NCBI GenBank assembly: GCA_050117845.1
Contig: JASFLY010000024.1
Coordinates: 1-42,553 of the forward strand
Direction: 5' to 3'
Length of the DNA: 42,553 nucleotides
Source: Candidatus Zixiibacteriota bacterium
GTDB lineage: Bacteria; RBG-13-66-14; B26-G2; WVWN01
The notes under the pieces: generated by a model
Database searches by the model: none
What the model was told of the DNA's origin: nothing
The model's input: only the letters and a program-made list of their open reading frames with translations
Shown: positions 26,050-35,025 of the stretch, piece after piece
Layout of the letters: each line of letters opens with the position of its first letter
Position numbering within the stretch: the stretch's first letter is position 1
Translations under genes and position numbers: made by a program

Positions 26050-28650
26050 TTACCCGTGAGCGTCGAACCAGTTGTCTCCAACGCCTATATGGACCTCCAG
26101 CGGGACCTTGAGGTTTAAAACGCCGGTCATTTCTTCCCGGGCTAGTTCCGTTAAGGCCGGGACGTCCCCCGGCGCGACCTCGAACAGGAGTTCGTCGTGG
26201 ATGGTGAGAAGCATAGCCGCGTCGAACTTCCCTTCCCCCAGACGCCGGTCCACCGCCACCATCGCGAGCTTCAGGATGTCGGCCGCCGACCCCTGGATGG
26301 GCATGTTTACGGCGACGCGCTCCGCCGCGGCGCGGGCCCGGCTGTTGTCGGAGGCGATGTCGGGCAAATAGCGCCGGCGGCCCAGGACGGTGTGCACGTA
26401 GCCCTCGCGGTGGGCGCGCTCTATCTCCTCGTCTATGAAGCGCGCCACGCCGGGGTAGCGCGTGAAGTATTTTTCGATATACGATTCGGCTTCTTTGACC
26501 GAGAGGCCCGTCTCGCGGGCGAGGCGCCGCGGCCCCATCTTGTAGGCCAGGCCGAAGTTGATGGCCTTGGCGAGCGACCGCTGCTCCCGCGTAATCTCGT
26601 CGAACGGGACGTCGAAAAGTTCCGCGGCGGTGGCGGCGTGGATGTCCTTGCCCTCGGCGAACGCCTTCTGGAGGCCCGGGTCGTCGGCCACGTGGGCGAG
26701 GATTCGGAGTTCGACCTGGGCGTAGTCGGCGGAGAGGAAGACCTTCCCTTTCGCCGGGATGAAGGCCTTGCGAATCTCGGCGCCGAGGTCGGTGCGGATG
26801 GGGATGTTCTGGAGGTTGGGGTCGGTGGAGCTTAGGCGGCCGGTGGCCGTCGCGGCCTGGTTGAAAGTCGTGTGGATCCGACCTTCGGCGTCGGCCAGCG
26901 TCGGCAGGACGTCGACGTACGTGTTCTTGAGTTTGGCGAGTTCGCGATACCCGATAATCTTGCCGGGCAGCGGGTGCTCCTCGGCCAGCGTCTCCAGGAC
27001 GTCCGCCGCGGTCGAGAAGCCGGTCTTGGTCTTACGGCGGGGCTTGAGGCCCAGCTTCTCGAAGAGGATTTCGCGCAGTTGTTTCGGCGAGTTGGGGTTG
27101 AACTCGCCGCCGGCGATGTCGTAGAGCTCGGCCTCGGCCTGCGCCAGGTGCTTCTCGAAACTCTTGGCCAACTTCCTGAACTTATCGCGGTCGATGGCGA
27201 TGCCGCGCCGCTCGAGGTCGGCCAGCACCGGCGCCAGCGGGACCTCGAGGTCGCGGTAGAGGTCGACCATCTCCTGCTGTTCGACGAGGCGGCCGGTCTC
27301 CTCCGCCAGCCGGCCTATCGCCTGCGCCCGGGCGGCGGCCGTTTCCCCGGCGCGCTCGCCGAAGTCGAGTTCGCCGGACGTGTCCTCCTCGGCCGGGAGT
27401 TGGAGTTTCAAGTATTCGTAAGCGAGTTCGGCCAGCCGGTAGTTCGTCCGCTCGGGGTTGAGCAAATAGGCCGCGAGCATCGTGTCGCCGTCGAACTTGA
27501 CCGCCCGGCCGAAGACGTGGGCGAGGCGCTTGGTGTCGTGGCCCGCGAGCGGCAGGGCCGATTCCTCGGAGAGGGCGGTCAGCCTGGCCGCGACCTCCTC
27601 CGGCGTTCCGTCGTAGCGCGTGGCCCGGCCTCCCCCGGCGACCGCCACGCCGGCGAAGCCGTCCCCCCGGAAGATGGCCTCGACGGCGAGCCAGTGGCCC
27701 GCGGTCCCGGCGACGGGCGGGAGGAACTCGTCCGCGGCCACGAGGTCGGCGGTAATCTCGTCGGCCGGCGGGGGCGCCAGGCCCAGCTCGTCCTCCAGCG
27801 TCTTGAGTTCGTAATCCTTGAAGAACTTCCCCAGCGCCGCCTCGTCGCGGCCCCGGGGCGCGAGCGCCGCGGCGTCGAGGCCCAGGTCCAGGTCGTCGCG
27901 CAGCGCGACGAGCTTACGGGAGAGTTCGCCGACCTCCCGGCCCTTCTCGAGCGCGGTCCGGGCGCGCTTCGGCTCCACCTCGTCGACGTGTTCGAAGACG
28001 GCGTCGAGGGTGCCGTACTGCTCGAGCAGCGCCCGGGCCGTCTTGGCCCCGATGCCGGGGACGCCGGGGACGTTGTCCACGCTGTCGCCCTCGAGCGCGA
28101 GGAGGTCGGGTATCGCCGCGGGCGGCACGCCCATCTTGGCCTCCACCGCCGCCTCGTCCATCTCCTCCATGTCGGAGACGCCGGTCCTGGGCGCGAGCAC
28201 CCGCACCGGCCCGCCCACCAGCGACATCAGGTCCTTATCGCCGGAGAGAATGAGGACCTCGTCGAAGTCGCCGGCGCCGCCGCGCGCCAGCGTCGCGACC
28301 ACGTCGTCGGCCTCCATGGCCTCCTTCTCGATAACAGCCAGGCCCAACAGCCGCGCCAGTTCCTTGATGGGCTCTATCTGGTAAACGAGGTCGTCGGGCG
28401 GGGCCTTCCGCGTCCCCTTGTATTCGGAATAAAGCTCCTCCCGGAAGGAAGGGCCGCCGCCCTCCAACGCCACGGCGACGTGGGTGGGCTGGTAATCGGC
28501 GAGAGCTCGCAGGATCATCCGGGCGAAGCCGAAGATGGCGGAGGTGTTCCGGCCGTCGGTGGTGCGGAGAGGCCGGGAGATGAGGGCGTAATACGCCCGG
28601 AATATAAGGTTCATCGTATCGACGACGAGGAGGCGGGTTTTCAGGCTCAT
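26050..28650 (-). CDS. polA: DNA polymerase I
   Basis: 5'-3' exonuclease (EADDVVATL, GDSVDNVPGVPGIG); TGRLSSTDPNLQNIP, DYAQVELR, KAINFGLAY, HDEL. Confidence 0.98.
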   Translation of the reverse strand: MSLKTRLLVVDTMNLIFRAYYALISRPLRTTDGRNTSAIFGFARMILRALADYQPTHVAVALEGGGPSFREELYSEYKGTRKAPPDDLVYQIEPIKELARLLGLAVIEKEAMEADDVVATLARGGAGDFDEVLILSGDKDLMSLVGGPVRVLAPRTGVSDMEEMDEAAVEAKMGVPPAAIPDLLALEGDSVDNVPGVPGIGAKTARALLEQYGTLDAVFEHVDEVEPKRARTALEKGREVGELSRKLVALRDDLDLGLDAAALAPRGRDEAALGKFFKDYELKTLEDELGLAPPPADEITADLVAADEFLPPVAGTAGHWLAVEAIFRGDGFAGVAVAGGGRATRYDGTPEEVAARLTALSEESALPLAGHDTKRLAHVFGRAVKFDGDTMLAAYLLNPERTNYRLAELAYEYLKLQLPAEEDTSGELDFGERAGETAAARAQAIGRLAEETGRLVEQQEMVDLYRDLEVPLAPVLADLERRGIAIDRDKFRKLAKSFEKHLAQAEAELYDIAGGEFNPNSPKQLREILFEKLGLKPRRKTKTGFSTAADVLETLAEEHPLPGKIIGYRELAKLKNTYVDVLPTLADAEGRIHTTFNQAATATGRLSSTDPNLQNIPIRTDLGAEIRKAFIPAKGKVFLSADYAQVELRILAHVADDPGLQKAFAEGKDIHAATAAELFDVPFDEITREQRSLAKAINFGLAYKMGPRRLARETGLSVKEAESYIEKYFTRYPGVARFIDEEIERAHREGYVHTVLGRRRYLPDIASDNSRARAAAERVAVNMPIQGSAADILKLAMVAVDRRLGEGKFDAAMLLTIHDELLFEVAPGDVPALTELAREEMTGVLNLKVPLEVHIGVGDNWFDAHG

Positions 28651-28802
28651 GGGGCCAGCATAAGAGAAAGGGGGGTCGAAGTCAAGGGGGGTAGGAGGAC
28701 CACGGAACGGCGGTTATTTTCCCGCGGGCCACGGCCGGTATGTTATATTCGCCACGTTATCCTGACACACTTATTAATACTCCCCGTTACGGAGGTTGTA
28801 GC

Positions 28803-29561
28803 ATGAGAAGATGGTCCAGCGTTATTGCGTTGTGTATTATATGCGCCGGGGCCGCGTGGGGCTGGGGTTCGCTCGTCGCCTCTTACGCCGCGCCCGGCCA
28901 GGCTCCCAACGGCCTCGCGTATTTCACCAGCTCATATATATGCTGTTCGACTATAACGCCGGATACTATCTGGCGGCTCTACCGCTCGAACGGCTCGGTC
29001 GCGTCTTCGTTCGCGGCGCCGTTCGTGGAACCCACCGGCATAACGTTCGGTAACATAAGTGGTACCGGCTATATCTGGGTCGCCGACCCTTCCGCGGACT
29101 ACGTCTATCGTATGGGCTGCGGCTCGGGGTCCGTATATTCGTCGTTCGCGGCGCCCGGCGGGTTACCCATCGGCCTGGCCTTCGCCCAGGAGGGCGGCGA
29201 TTACATCCTCTACCACACCGACTACTTTAACAAGCACCTGTATCGTCTCAACGCGAATAACGGCTCGGTATACGCGTCGTACCTCCTTCCGTATACGCCG
29301 CGGGACCTGGGCTGCGGCGGCGGATACCTTTGGATCGCCGATACCGCCAACCACCTTATCCGGGCGTCGACGACGGCCGGCTCCGCCGTCGCGTCTTTTC
29401 AATCGCAACAAGGCCCCCCGTTCGGCGTGTGCTACGACGAAACGGACGACAACGTTTGGGTTAGCGTAGCAGCCGCGTTGAACTATATTTTCGTATACGA
29501 AACCGAAGGGATTGGCGTGGCGCCCGCGTCTATAGGCCGGGTCAAGGCCCTTTTCCGTTAA
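28803..29561 (+). CDS. secreted beta-propeller-like protein with conserved C-terminal tail
   Basis: GGAGG RBS, signal peptide, repeats GSVxxSFAAP...PxG[LI]xF; ends GIGVAPASIGRVKALFR. Confidence 0.75.
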   Translation: MRRWSSVIALCIICAGAAWGWGSLVASYAAPGQAPNGLAYFTSSYICCSTITPDTIWRLYRSNGSVASSFAAPFVEPTGITFGNISGTGYIWVADPSADYVYRMGCGSGSVYSSFAAPGGLPIGLAFAQEGGDYILYHTDYFNKHLYRLNANNGSVYASYLLPYTPRDLGCGGGYLWIADTANHLIRASTTAGSAVASFQSQQGPPFGVCYDETDDNVWVSVAAALNYIFVYETEGIGVAPASIGRVKALFR

Positions 29562-29588
29562 AAAAGCAATTATCCCGGATATTACCGG

Positions 29589-29617
29589 AAGCCGCCCGGC
29601 CGGGCGGCTTTTATTTT
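29589..29617 (+). terminator. intrinsic terminator
   Basis: AAGCCGCCCG-GC-CGGGCGGCTT-TTATTTT. Confidence 0.75.
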
Positions 29618-29677
29618 GGGCGGCGGCGCTTGTTATGATACATTAACGTAAAATGGCCTATACTGCCGGGAGTCACT

Positions 29678-30520
29678 ATGACGAAAGAAGATATTCTTAA
29701 GGGGAAATGTCCGCCGGAGCTCGACTTCGACCTTGACCTCGTCCTGCCCGTGCTCGAGCGCTTCATCCGCCGGGAGGTGGAGAACGCCGGCCTGAAGGGC
29801 GTCGTGCTGGGTATATCGGGCGGCGTGGACTCGGCGGTGGCGGCGGCCCTGGCCGCCGCGGCGCTGGGCCCCGAGAACGTAACCGGCGTCTGGCTCCCCT
29901 ACACCGAAACCAAGGACCGTGACGACGCCTTCGCCGTCATCGAGCGCTTCGGCATAAAGCACCGCGAGATATCGGTGATGCCGATGGTGGACGCCTACCT
30001 GGGGCAGGCGGGGAAGGTGGACGAGCTGCGGCGGGGGAACGTCTGCGCACGGGTGCGGATGATCGTCCTCTTCGACCAGTCCAAGGCCGCCCGGGCGATG
30101 GTGATGGGGACCGGCAACAAGACCGAACTGCTGCTGGGCTACTTCACCCTCTTCGGCGACGGCGCGAGTTCCATCGCGCCGCTGGCGGACCTGTACAAGG
30201 GCCAGGTGTACCTGTTGGCGGACGCCCTCGGCGTCCCGGCCGGGGTCATCGACAAGGCGCCGTCCGCGGGCCTGTGGCCCGGCCAGACCGACGAGGACGA
30301 GCTGGGCATCTCGTACTATCAGGTCGACCGCTACCTGTATTACCTGGTCGAGAAGGGCGAGAAGCCGATGAAGCTGCTCGAGCGCGGCTTCGACGCCGAC
30401 TTCCAGCGCCACGTCGTCGGCCTTATCAACCGGAACCTTTTCAAGCGCCGCGTCCCGGTCGTCGCGAACGTCACCGGCCGGACGATTACCGCGCCCATCG
30501 AGCTGCCGCAGGTGTTCTAA
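29678..30520 (+). CDS. nadE: NH3-dependent NAD+ synthetase
   Basis: GISGGVDSAV, GNVCARVRM, GTGNKTE, PSAGLWPGQTDE. Confidence 0.95.
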   Translation: MTKEDILKGKCPPELDFDLDLVLPVLERFIRREVENAGLKGVVLGISGGVDSAVAAALAAAALGPENVTGVWLPYTETKDRDDAFAVIERFGIKHREISVMPMVDAYLGQAGKVDELRRGNVCARVRMIVLFDQSKAARAMVMGTGNKTELLLGYFTLFGDGASSIAPLADLYKGQVYLLADALGVPAGVIDKAPSAGLWPGQTDEDELGISYYQVDRYLYYLVEKGEKPMKLLERGFDADFQRHVVGLINRNLFKRRVPVVANVTGRTITAPIELPQVF

Positions 30521-30527
30521 AAGCCAT

Positions 30528-31337
30528 ATGCCCGGAAAACTCATACTCGTCGCGACGCCCATCGGCAACCTGGGGGACGTATCCGCCCGGGCGCGCGAGG
30601 CCCTGGCCGAGGCCGACCTAATCGCCTGCGAGGACACCCGCCGCGCCGCCAAACTCCTGAGCCACCTGGGCCTGGAGAAACCCCTCGAGATATACGCCGG
30701 CCACAACGAGGCCGGGGCCGCAACCAAGATAGGCAGGCGGCTGGACCGGGGGGACGTCGTGGCCGTCGTCTCGGACGGCGGGACGCCCCTCCTCGCCGAC
30801 CCCGGTTACGTCATCCTGCAGCAGGCCCTCGCGGCCGGGGCCGAGGTGGACTTCATCCCCGGGCCGTCGGCCGTGCACGCCGCCCTCGCGCTGAGCGGCC
30901 TTCCGCCCTATCCGTACGCCTTTCTGGGATACCTGCCCCGGAAGCGGCCGGAGCGCCGCAAATTCCTGGAGCGCTACGCTTCCCTGCCGGCCACGGCCGT
31001 CCTCTTCGTAACGCCCCACCGCCTCGCCGCCGAGCTGGCCGACGTGCGGGAGGGATGGGGGGACAGAGCCGCGGCGCTGGCGCGAGAGATGACCAAAATC
31101 CACCAGGAGGTCATCCGGGGAACGCTGGCGGAGCTGGCCGCGACGGCCAAAACGGCGCGGTTCAAGGGCGAATTGACGCTCGTCGTCGCCGCCGGAGAGG
31201 CCGCCGGCGACGTTACCGCCGCCAGGCGGCTCGCCCGGGAGCTCCGGGAGGAGGGCCTAACGGCCGGTCGGGCCGCGGCGGTGGCGGCGCGGACCTTCGG
31301 CGTCCCCAAGCGGGACGTTTACGGGTCCGCCGATTGA
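30528..31337 (+). CDS. rsmI: 16S rRNA C1402 2'-O-methyltransferase
   Basis: LVATPIGNLGD, ACEDTR, SDGGTPLLADPG, REMTKIHQE. Confidence 0.95.
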   Translation: MPGKLILVATPIGNLGDVSARAREALAEADLIACEDTRRAAKLLSHLGLEKPLEIYAGHNEAGAATKIGRRLDRGDVVAVVSDGGTPLLADPGYVILQQALAAGAEVDFIPGPSAVHAALALSGLPPYPYAFLGYLPRKRPERRKFLERYASLPATAVLFVTPHRLAAELADVREGWGDRAAALAREMTKIHQEVIRGTLAELAATAKTARFKGELTLVVAAGEAAGDVTAARRLARELREEGLTAGRAAAVAARTFGVPKRDVYGSAD

Positions 31338-31404
31338 TGTTGAAACCTCGTTTTCTGTATGTTAGACTCTAACTCTTTAGAATTTGCCGACGAACGGCGG
31401 CTTT

Positions 31405-32193
31405 ATGTTCCTACTTTATTGGTTCGAGCGGTTCGGGCGGGTAATTATATACCTGCTCGAGGATTTCGGCGGGACGACGATGATGTTCGTCAAGTCCGTC
31501 TACTATGCCTTCGTGCGGCCGTTCAAACCCCGCCGGATAATTGACCAAATGGTAGCCATCGGCGTCGATTCCGTGCCGGTGGTCATCCTGACGGCCGTCT
31601 TCACGGGCATGGTCCTCGCCCTGCAGGCCACGTATCAGATAGCGAAGTTCGGGGCGGACATATACATCGGCGGCATCGTCGGCATCTCGATGACGCGCGA
31701 ACTCGGGCCGGTTCTCACGGGGCTTATGGTATCGGGCCGCGTGGGCGCGGCCATCGCCGCGGAAATAGGCACGATGAAGGTCACCGAGCAGATAGACGCG
31801 CTCGAGACCCTCGCCACCAATCCGGTGCAGTACCTGGTAATGCCGCGTATCGTGGCGGCGGCCGTAATGCTGCCCACGCTGACGGCCCTGGCCGATTTCG
31901 TCGGCATCGCCGGCGGCTACGCCCTCTCGACGACAACGCTCGGCATCAACCCCAGCGTTTACATCGAGAAGATGAACCAGCTCGTGCAGGTGAGCGACCT
32001 TTTAATCGGCCTCTTGAAAACGGTCGTCTTCGGCATAATCATCGCCGCCGTGGGCTGCAACCAGGGTTTCAAGGCGGAGGGCGGCGCCGAGGGCGTCGGT
32101 AAGGCCACGACCGTATCCGTCGTGACGTCGTGCATCCTGATACTCCTGTCCGACGTCTTCCTGACCGGCCTCTTCGTCGGCAGCGAATATTAA
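31405..32193 (+). CDS. mlaE: MlaE-family ABC permease
   Basis: RELGPVLTGL, GRVGAAIAAEIGTMKVTEQIDALE, GAEGVGKATT. Confidence 0.92.
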   Translation: MFLLYWFERFGRVIIYLLEDFGGTTMMFVKSVYYAFVRPFKPRRIIDQMVAIGVDSVPVVILTAVFTGMVLALQATYQIAKFGADIYIGGIVGISMTRELGPVLTGLMVSGRVGAAIAAEIGTMKVTEQIDALETLATNPVQYLVMPRIVAAAVMLPTLTALADFVGIAGGYALSTTTLGINPSVYIEKMNQLVQVSDLLIGLLKTVVFGIIIAAVGCNQGFKAEGGAEGVGKATTVSVVTSCILILLSDVFLTGLFVGSEY

Positions 32194-33226
32194 CGAAACG
32201 ATTAAGCAAGATTCCAATACCTGTATAGTAATCCGACTCTCGTCGCTGGGCGACGTACTGCTTACTTTCCCGGCCCTGGGGCCGGTGGCGCAGGCGACCG
32301 GGGCGTCGCTCGCGTACGTGACGAGGGAGGAGTGGGCGCCGCTGGTCCGGCGGCACCCGGCGGTGGACGAGGTGCTAACGCTGCCGCGCCGGGGCGAGAG
32401 GGACGACGGCGCCATAACCGGCCTTATCAAGCGTATCAACGACGAGTTGAGGCCGGAGATAGTATTCGACTGGCACGGCGTACCGCGTTCCCGGCACCTG
32501 GCCGGATACTTGGACGCCTACGATAAGGTCCGCTACGAGAAATACGGCGTGCGGCGCTGGTTGCTGGCCGCCGTCGGCGTGGACCTTTTGCCCAGGCCGA
32601 TGCCGCGAATCCCGGAGCTTTACGCCCGGACGGCGGCCCGTTGGGGCGTAAAAGGTCCCGATTGGTCGTTCCGGTTGGCGGAGGACCCGGCGGCCGGGGA
32701 GCGGCTGGCGCGCAACGCGGAAATCCCGCGGGGCGCGGTGGCCCTCGCACCCGGGGCGAGGCACGGCAACAAGGCCTGGCCCGCCGCTCATTGGGCGGAA
32801 CTGGCCCGGTCACTCGCCGCGGAGGGGCGGAGTATTATCCTCTTCGGCGACGAGCGCGAACGCGAACTCTGCGGCGAAATCGCCGGGGGCGTACCGGCGG
32901 CGGTTAACCTCGCGGGAAGGGTGGCCGTGGGGGATTTGCCGGAAGCGCTACGCGGCGCCGCGCTCCTCGTGGGCAACGACTCGGCCTTGAACCACCTGGC
33001 GCCGCTGGTGGACGTGCCGTGTCTAGCGCTGTTCGGCCCCACGTCGCCGCGTTTCGGCTTTTCGCCCTGGGGGCCGAAGGACCGGGTAATCTACCTGGGC
33101 CTGAAATGCAGCCCGTGCAGCAAACACGGCCGGCGGCCCTGTTGGAGGGTTCGCCGCTATTGCCTGGAAGACGTAGCGCCGGAGGAAGTGGTCCGGGGGG
33201 CGCGCGAGATAATGGGGGAGGCGTGA
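32189..33226 (+). CDS. GT9 heptosyltransferase-like protein; start uncertain (ATT at 32189 or 32201)
   Basis: IVIRLSSLGDVLLT motif lies upstream of the first GTG; NDSALNHLA, LFGPT, C.PC..HG...C. Confidence 0.85.
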   Translation: MNETIKQDSNTCIVIRLSSLGDVLLTFPALGPVAQATGASLAYVTREEWAPLVRRHPAVDEVLTLPRRGERDDGAITGLIKRINDELRPEIVFDWHGVPRSRHLAGYLDAYDKVRYEKYGVRRWLLAAVGVDLLPRPMPRIPELYARTAARWGVKGPDWSFRLAEDPAAGERLARNAEIPRGAVALAPGARHGNKAWPAAHWAELARSLAAEGRSIILFGDERERELCGEIAGGVPAAVNLAGRVAVGDLPEALRGAALLVGNDSALNHLAPLVDVPCLALFGPTSPRFGFSPWGPKDRVIYLGLKCSPCSKHGRRPCWRVRRYCLEDVAPEEVVRGAREIMGEA

Positions 33227-34227
33227 CGGCCGGGCCGCGGGTCCTGGTGATTCAAACGGCGTTCTTGGGCGACGTAGTGCTCACGACGCCGCTCTTCCGG
33301 GCGATAAAGAGGCACTGGCCCGATTGCTACCTGGCGGCGCTCGTCATACCGCAAACCGCGCCGATACTTACGGGCCTCCCGGAACTGGACGCGGTGCTGG
33401 TGCACGACAAGAGGGGCGGTAAAACGGGGGAATTTCTACGGGCGCTTCGGGAGGTTCGGGAGGAGAATTTCGACGTGGTGATATCGCCGCACCGCTCGAC
33501 GCGCTCGAGTCTTATAGCTCGGGCGTCCGGCGCGAAGCGACGCGTGGGGTATCGCGAGAACGCGATGCCCTGGGTCTACTCGGAGCGGATAACGCGCCCC
33601 ATGGAACGGCACGAGGCCGAACGGATCCTGGCCCTCGCCGAAGAAATGGGTATGGACGCCGGGGACCCCCGGCCCCACCTTTTCCTCACCGACGAGGAAA
33701 GGGCGGAAGCCCGGGCCCTCGCCGGCGGCAAGCCCTACGCCGTGATATCGCCGTCGTCGGTATGGCCGACGAAGCGCTGGCTGCCCGAGGGGTTCGCCGC
33801 GGTGGCCGATTATCTGGCCGGCCGGGGTTACGGCGTCGTCATAACGGGCGGGCCGGACGAGCGGGAAACCGTCGCGGCCGTGATAGGCGCCATGGAACAC
33901 GGGGCGCTGAATCTGGCCGGGAAGACGACAATACGGGAACTTGCGGCCGTCATCGCCGAAGCGAGCCTGCTCGTCACGAACGACAGCGCGCCCGTGCATC
34001 TCGCCGCGGCCACGGGCACGCCGACGGTCGCGGTCTTCGGGGCCACGGTCCCGGCGCAGGGGTTCTCGCCGCTGGCGGAACGGGCGGCGGTAGTCGAAGT
34101 GGAAGGATTGTATTGCCGGCCGTGCGGAGCGCACGGCGGCCGGAGGTGCCCGGAAAAGCACTTCCGTTGTATGAAGGAAATAAGGCCGGAAGCCGTCGTC
34201 GAAGCCGCGAGCGCGGTGCTCGACTGA
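33223..34227 (+). CDS. waaF: LPS heptosyltransferase II-like (GT9)
   Basis: GTGA overlap start; [31 protein letters not shown]. Confidence 0.8.
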   Translation: MTAGPRVLVIQTAFLGDVVLTTPLFRAIKRHWPDCYLAALVIPQTAPILTGLPELDAVLVHDKRGGKTGEFLRALREVREENFDVVISPHRSTRSSLIARASGAKRRVGYRENAMPWVYSERITRPMERHEAERILALAEEMGMDAGDPRPHLFLTDEERAEARALAGGKPYAVISPSSVWPTKRWLPEGFAAVADYLAGRGYGVVITGGPDERETVAAVIGAMEHGALNLAGKTTIRELAAVIAEASLLVTNDSAPVHLAAATGTPTVAVFGATVPAQGFSPLAERAAVVEVEGLYCRPCGAHGGRRCPEKHFRCMKEIRPEAVVEAASAVLD

Positions 34228-34255
34228 CGCATCGGAACTATCAGGAGGTTCGGAA

Positions 34256-34393
34256 TTGCCTAAAAGGACTTATCAACCGTCGCGGCGTCGACGCAAGCGC
34301 GTCCACGGTTTTCGCCGTCGGATGGCCAAGCCGGGCGGCCGGCGCGTCATCAGCCGCCGCCGGGCCCGCGGGCGCAAACGCCTATCGGTATGA
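34256..34393 (+). CDS. rpmH: 50S ribosomal protein L34 (not in ORF track)
   Basis: AGGAGG RBS + [48 protein letters not shown]. Confidence 0.95.
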   Translation: MPKRTYQPSRRRRKRVHGFRRRMAKPGGRRVISRRRARGRKRLSV

Positions 34394-34400
34394 GCGGACC

Positions 34401-34766
34401 ATGGCCGGAACTGACCGGCGAGGATTTAAACTCCCCCGTGCCGCCCGTATGCGGCGCCGGCGCGACTTCGACCGGACCTTTCGGGAAGGCCGGAAGGCCG
34501 GGGGCAAAAACTGCGTCGTCCACGCCCTGGCGCTGCCGGGCGAACGGCGACTGCTCGGCGTGGTATGCGGCCGGCGAGTCGGCGGGGCGGTAGTACGCAA
34601 CCGCGTCAAGCGGCGGCTCCGGGGAATATTCCGGACGCACCCGGAGCATTTCCGCGACGGCTGGTGGTTCGTGGCCGTGGCGAAACCGCCGGCGGCCGAC
34701 CTGCCGTTCCGGGAACTGGAGCGGGAAGTGACGGCCGCGCTGGCGGAACTGACCGGGCGGGCGTAA
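34401..34766 (+). CDS. rnpA: ribonuclease P protein component
   Basis: [18 protein letters not shown] motif; position after rpmH. Confidence 0.93.
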   Translation: MAGTDRRGFKLPRAARMRRRRDFDRTFREGRKAGGKNCVVHALALPGERRLLGVVCGRRVGGAVVRNRVKRRLRGIFRTHPEHFRDGWWFVAVAKPPAADLPFRELEREVTAALAELTGRA

Positions 34767-35008
34767 TGAAAAAGGTATGGCGGGCGATCTCGACGGGCGT
34801 CGGGGCGGTACTGATAGCCCTGATTCGCGTTTACCAGTACACGCTGGGGCCGCTCATGCCGATGACCTGCCGTTTCGAGCCGTCCTGCTCGAGGTACGCC
34901 GTCGAGGCGGTCCGCAAACACGGGCCGTGGCGCGGCTTCGTCCTAGCGACCTGGCGCATACTCCGCTGTAACCCGTTCAACCACGGCGGTTACGACCCGG
35001 TGCCTTAA
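34766..35008 (+). CDS. yidD: membrane protein insertion efficiency factor
   Basis: [27 protein letters not shown]. Confidence 0.95.
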   Translation: MKKVWRAISTGVGAVLIALIRVYQYTLGPLMPMTCRFEPSCSRYAVEAVRKHGPWRGFVLATWRILRCNPFNHGGYDPVP

Positions 35009-35025
35009 AGAAACTGAGGTAAGAT

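Noticed and set aside
27300..27750. Missing 3'-5' exonuclease acidic motifs in PolA
   Set aside because: A degenerate proofreading domain is common in many bacterial Pol I enzymes
26872..28806. 644-aa plus-strand ORF
   Set aside because: Antisense shadow of polA caused by high-GC codon bias; no motifs. The same applies to 5563-6594, 12797-13822, 13933-14799, 19496-20590, 29633-30727 and 36684-37757.
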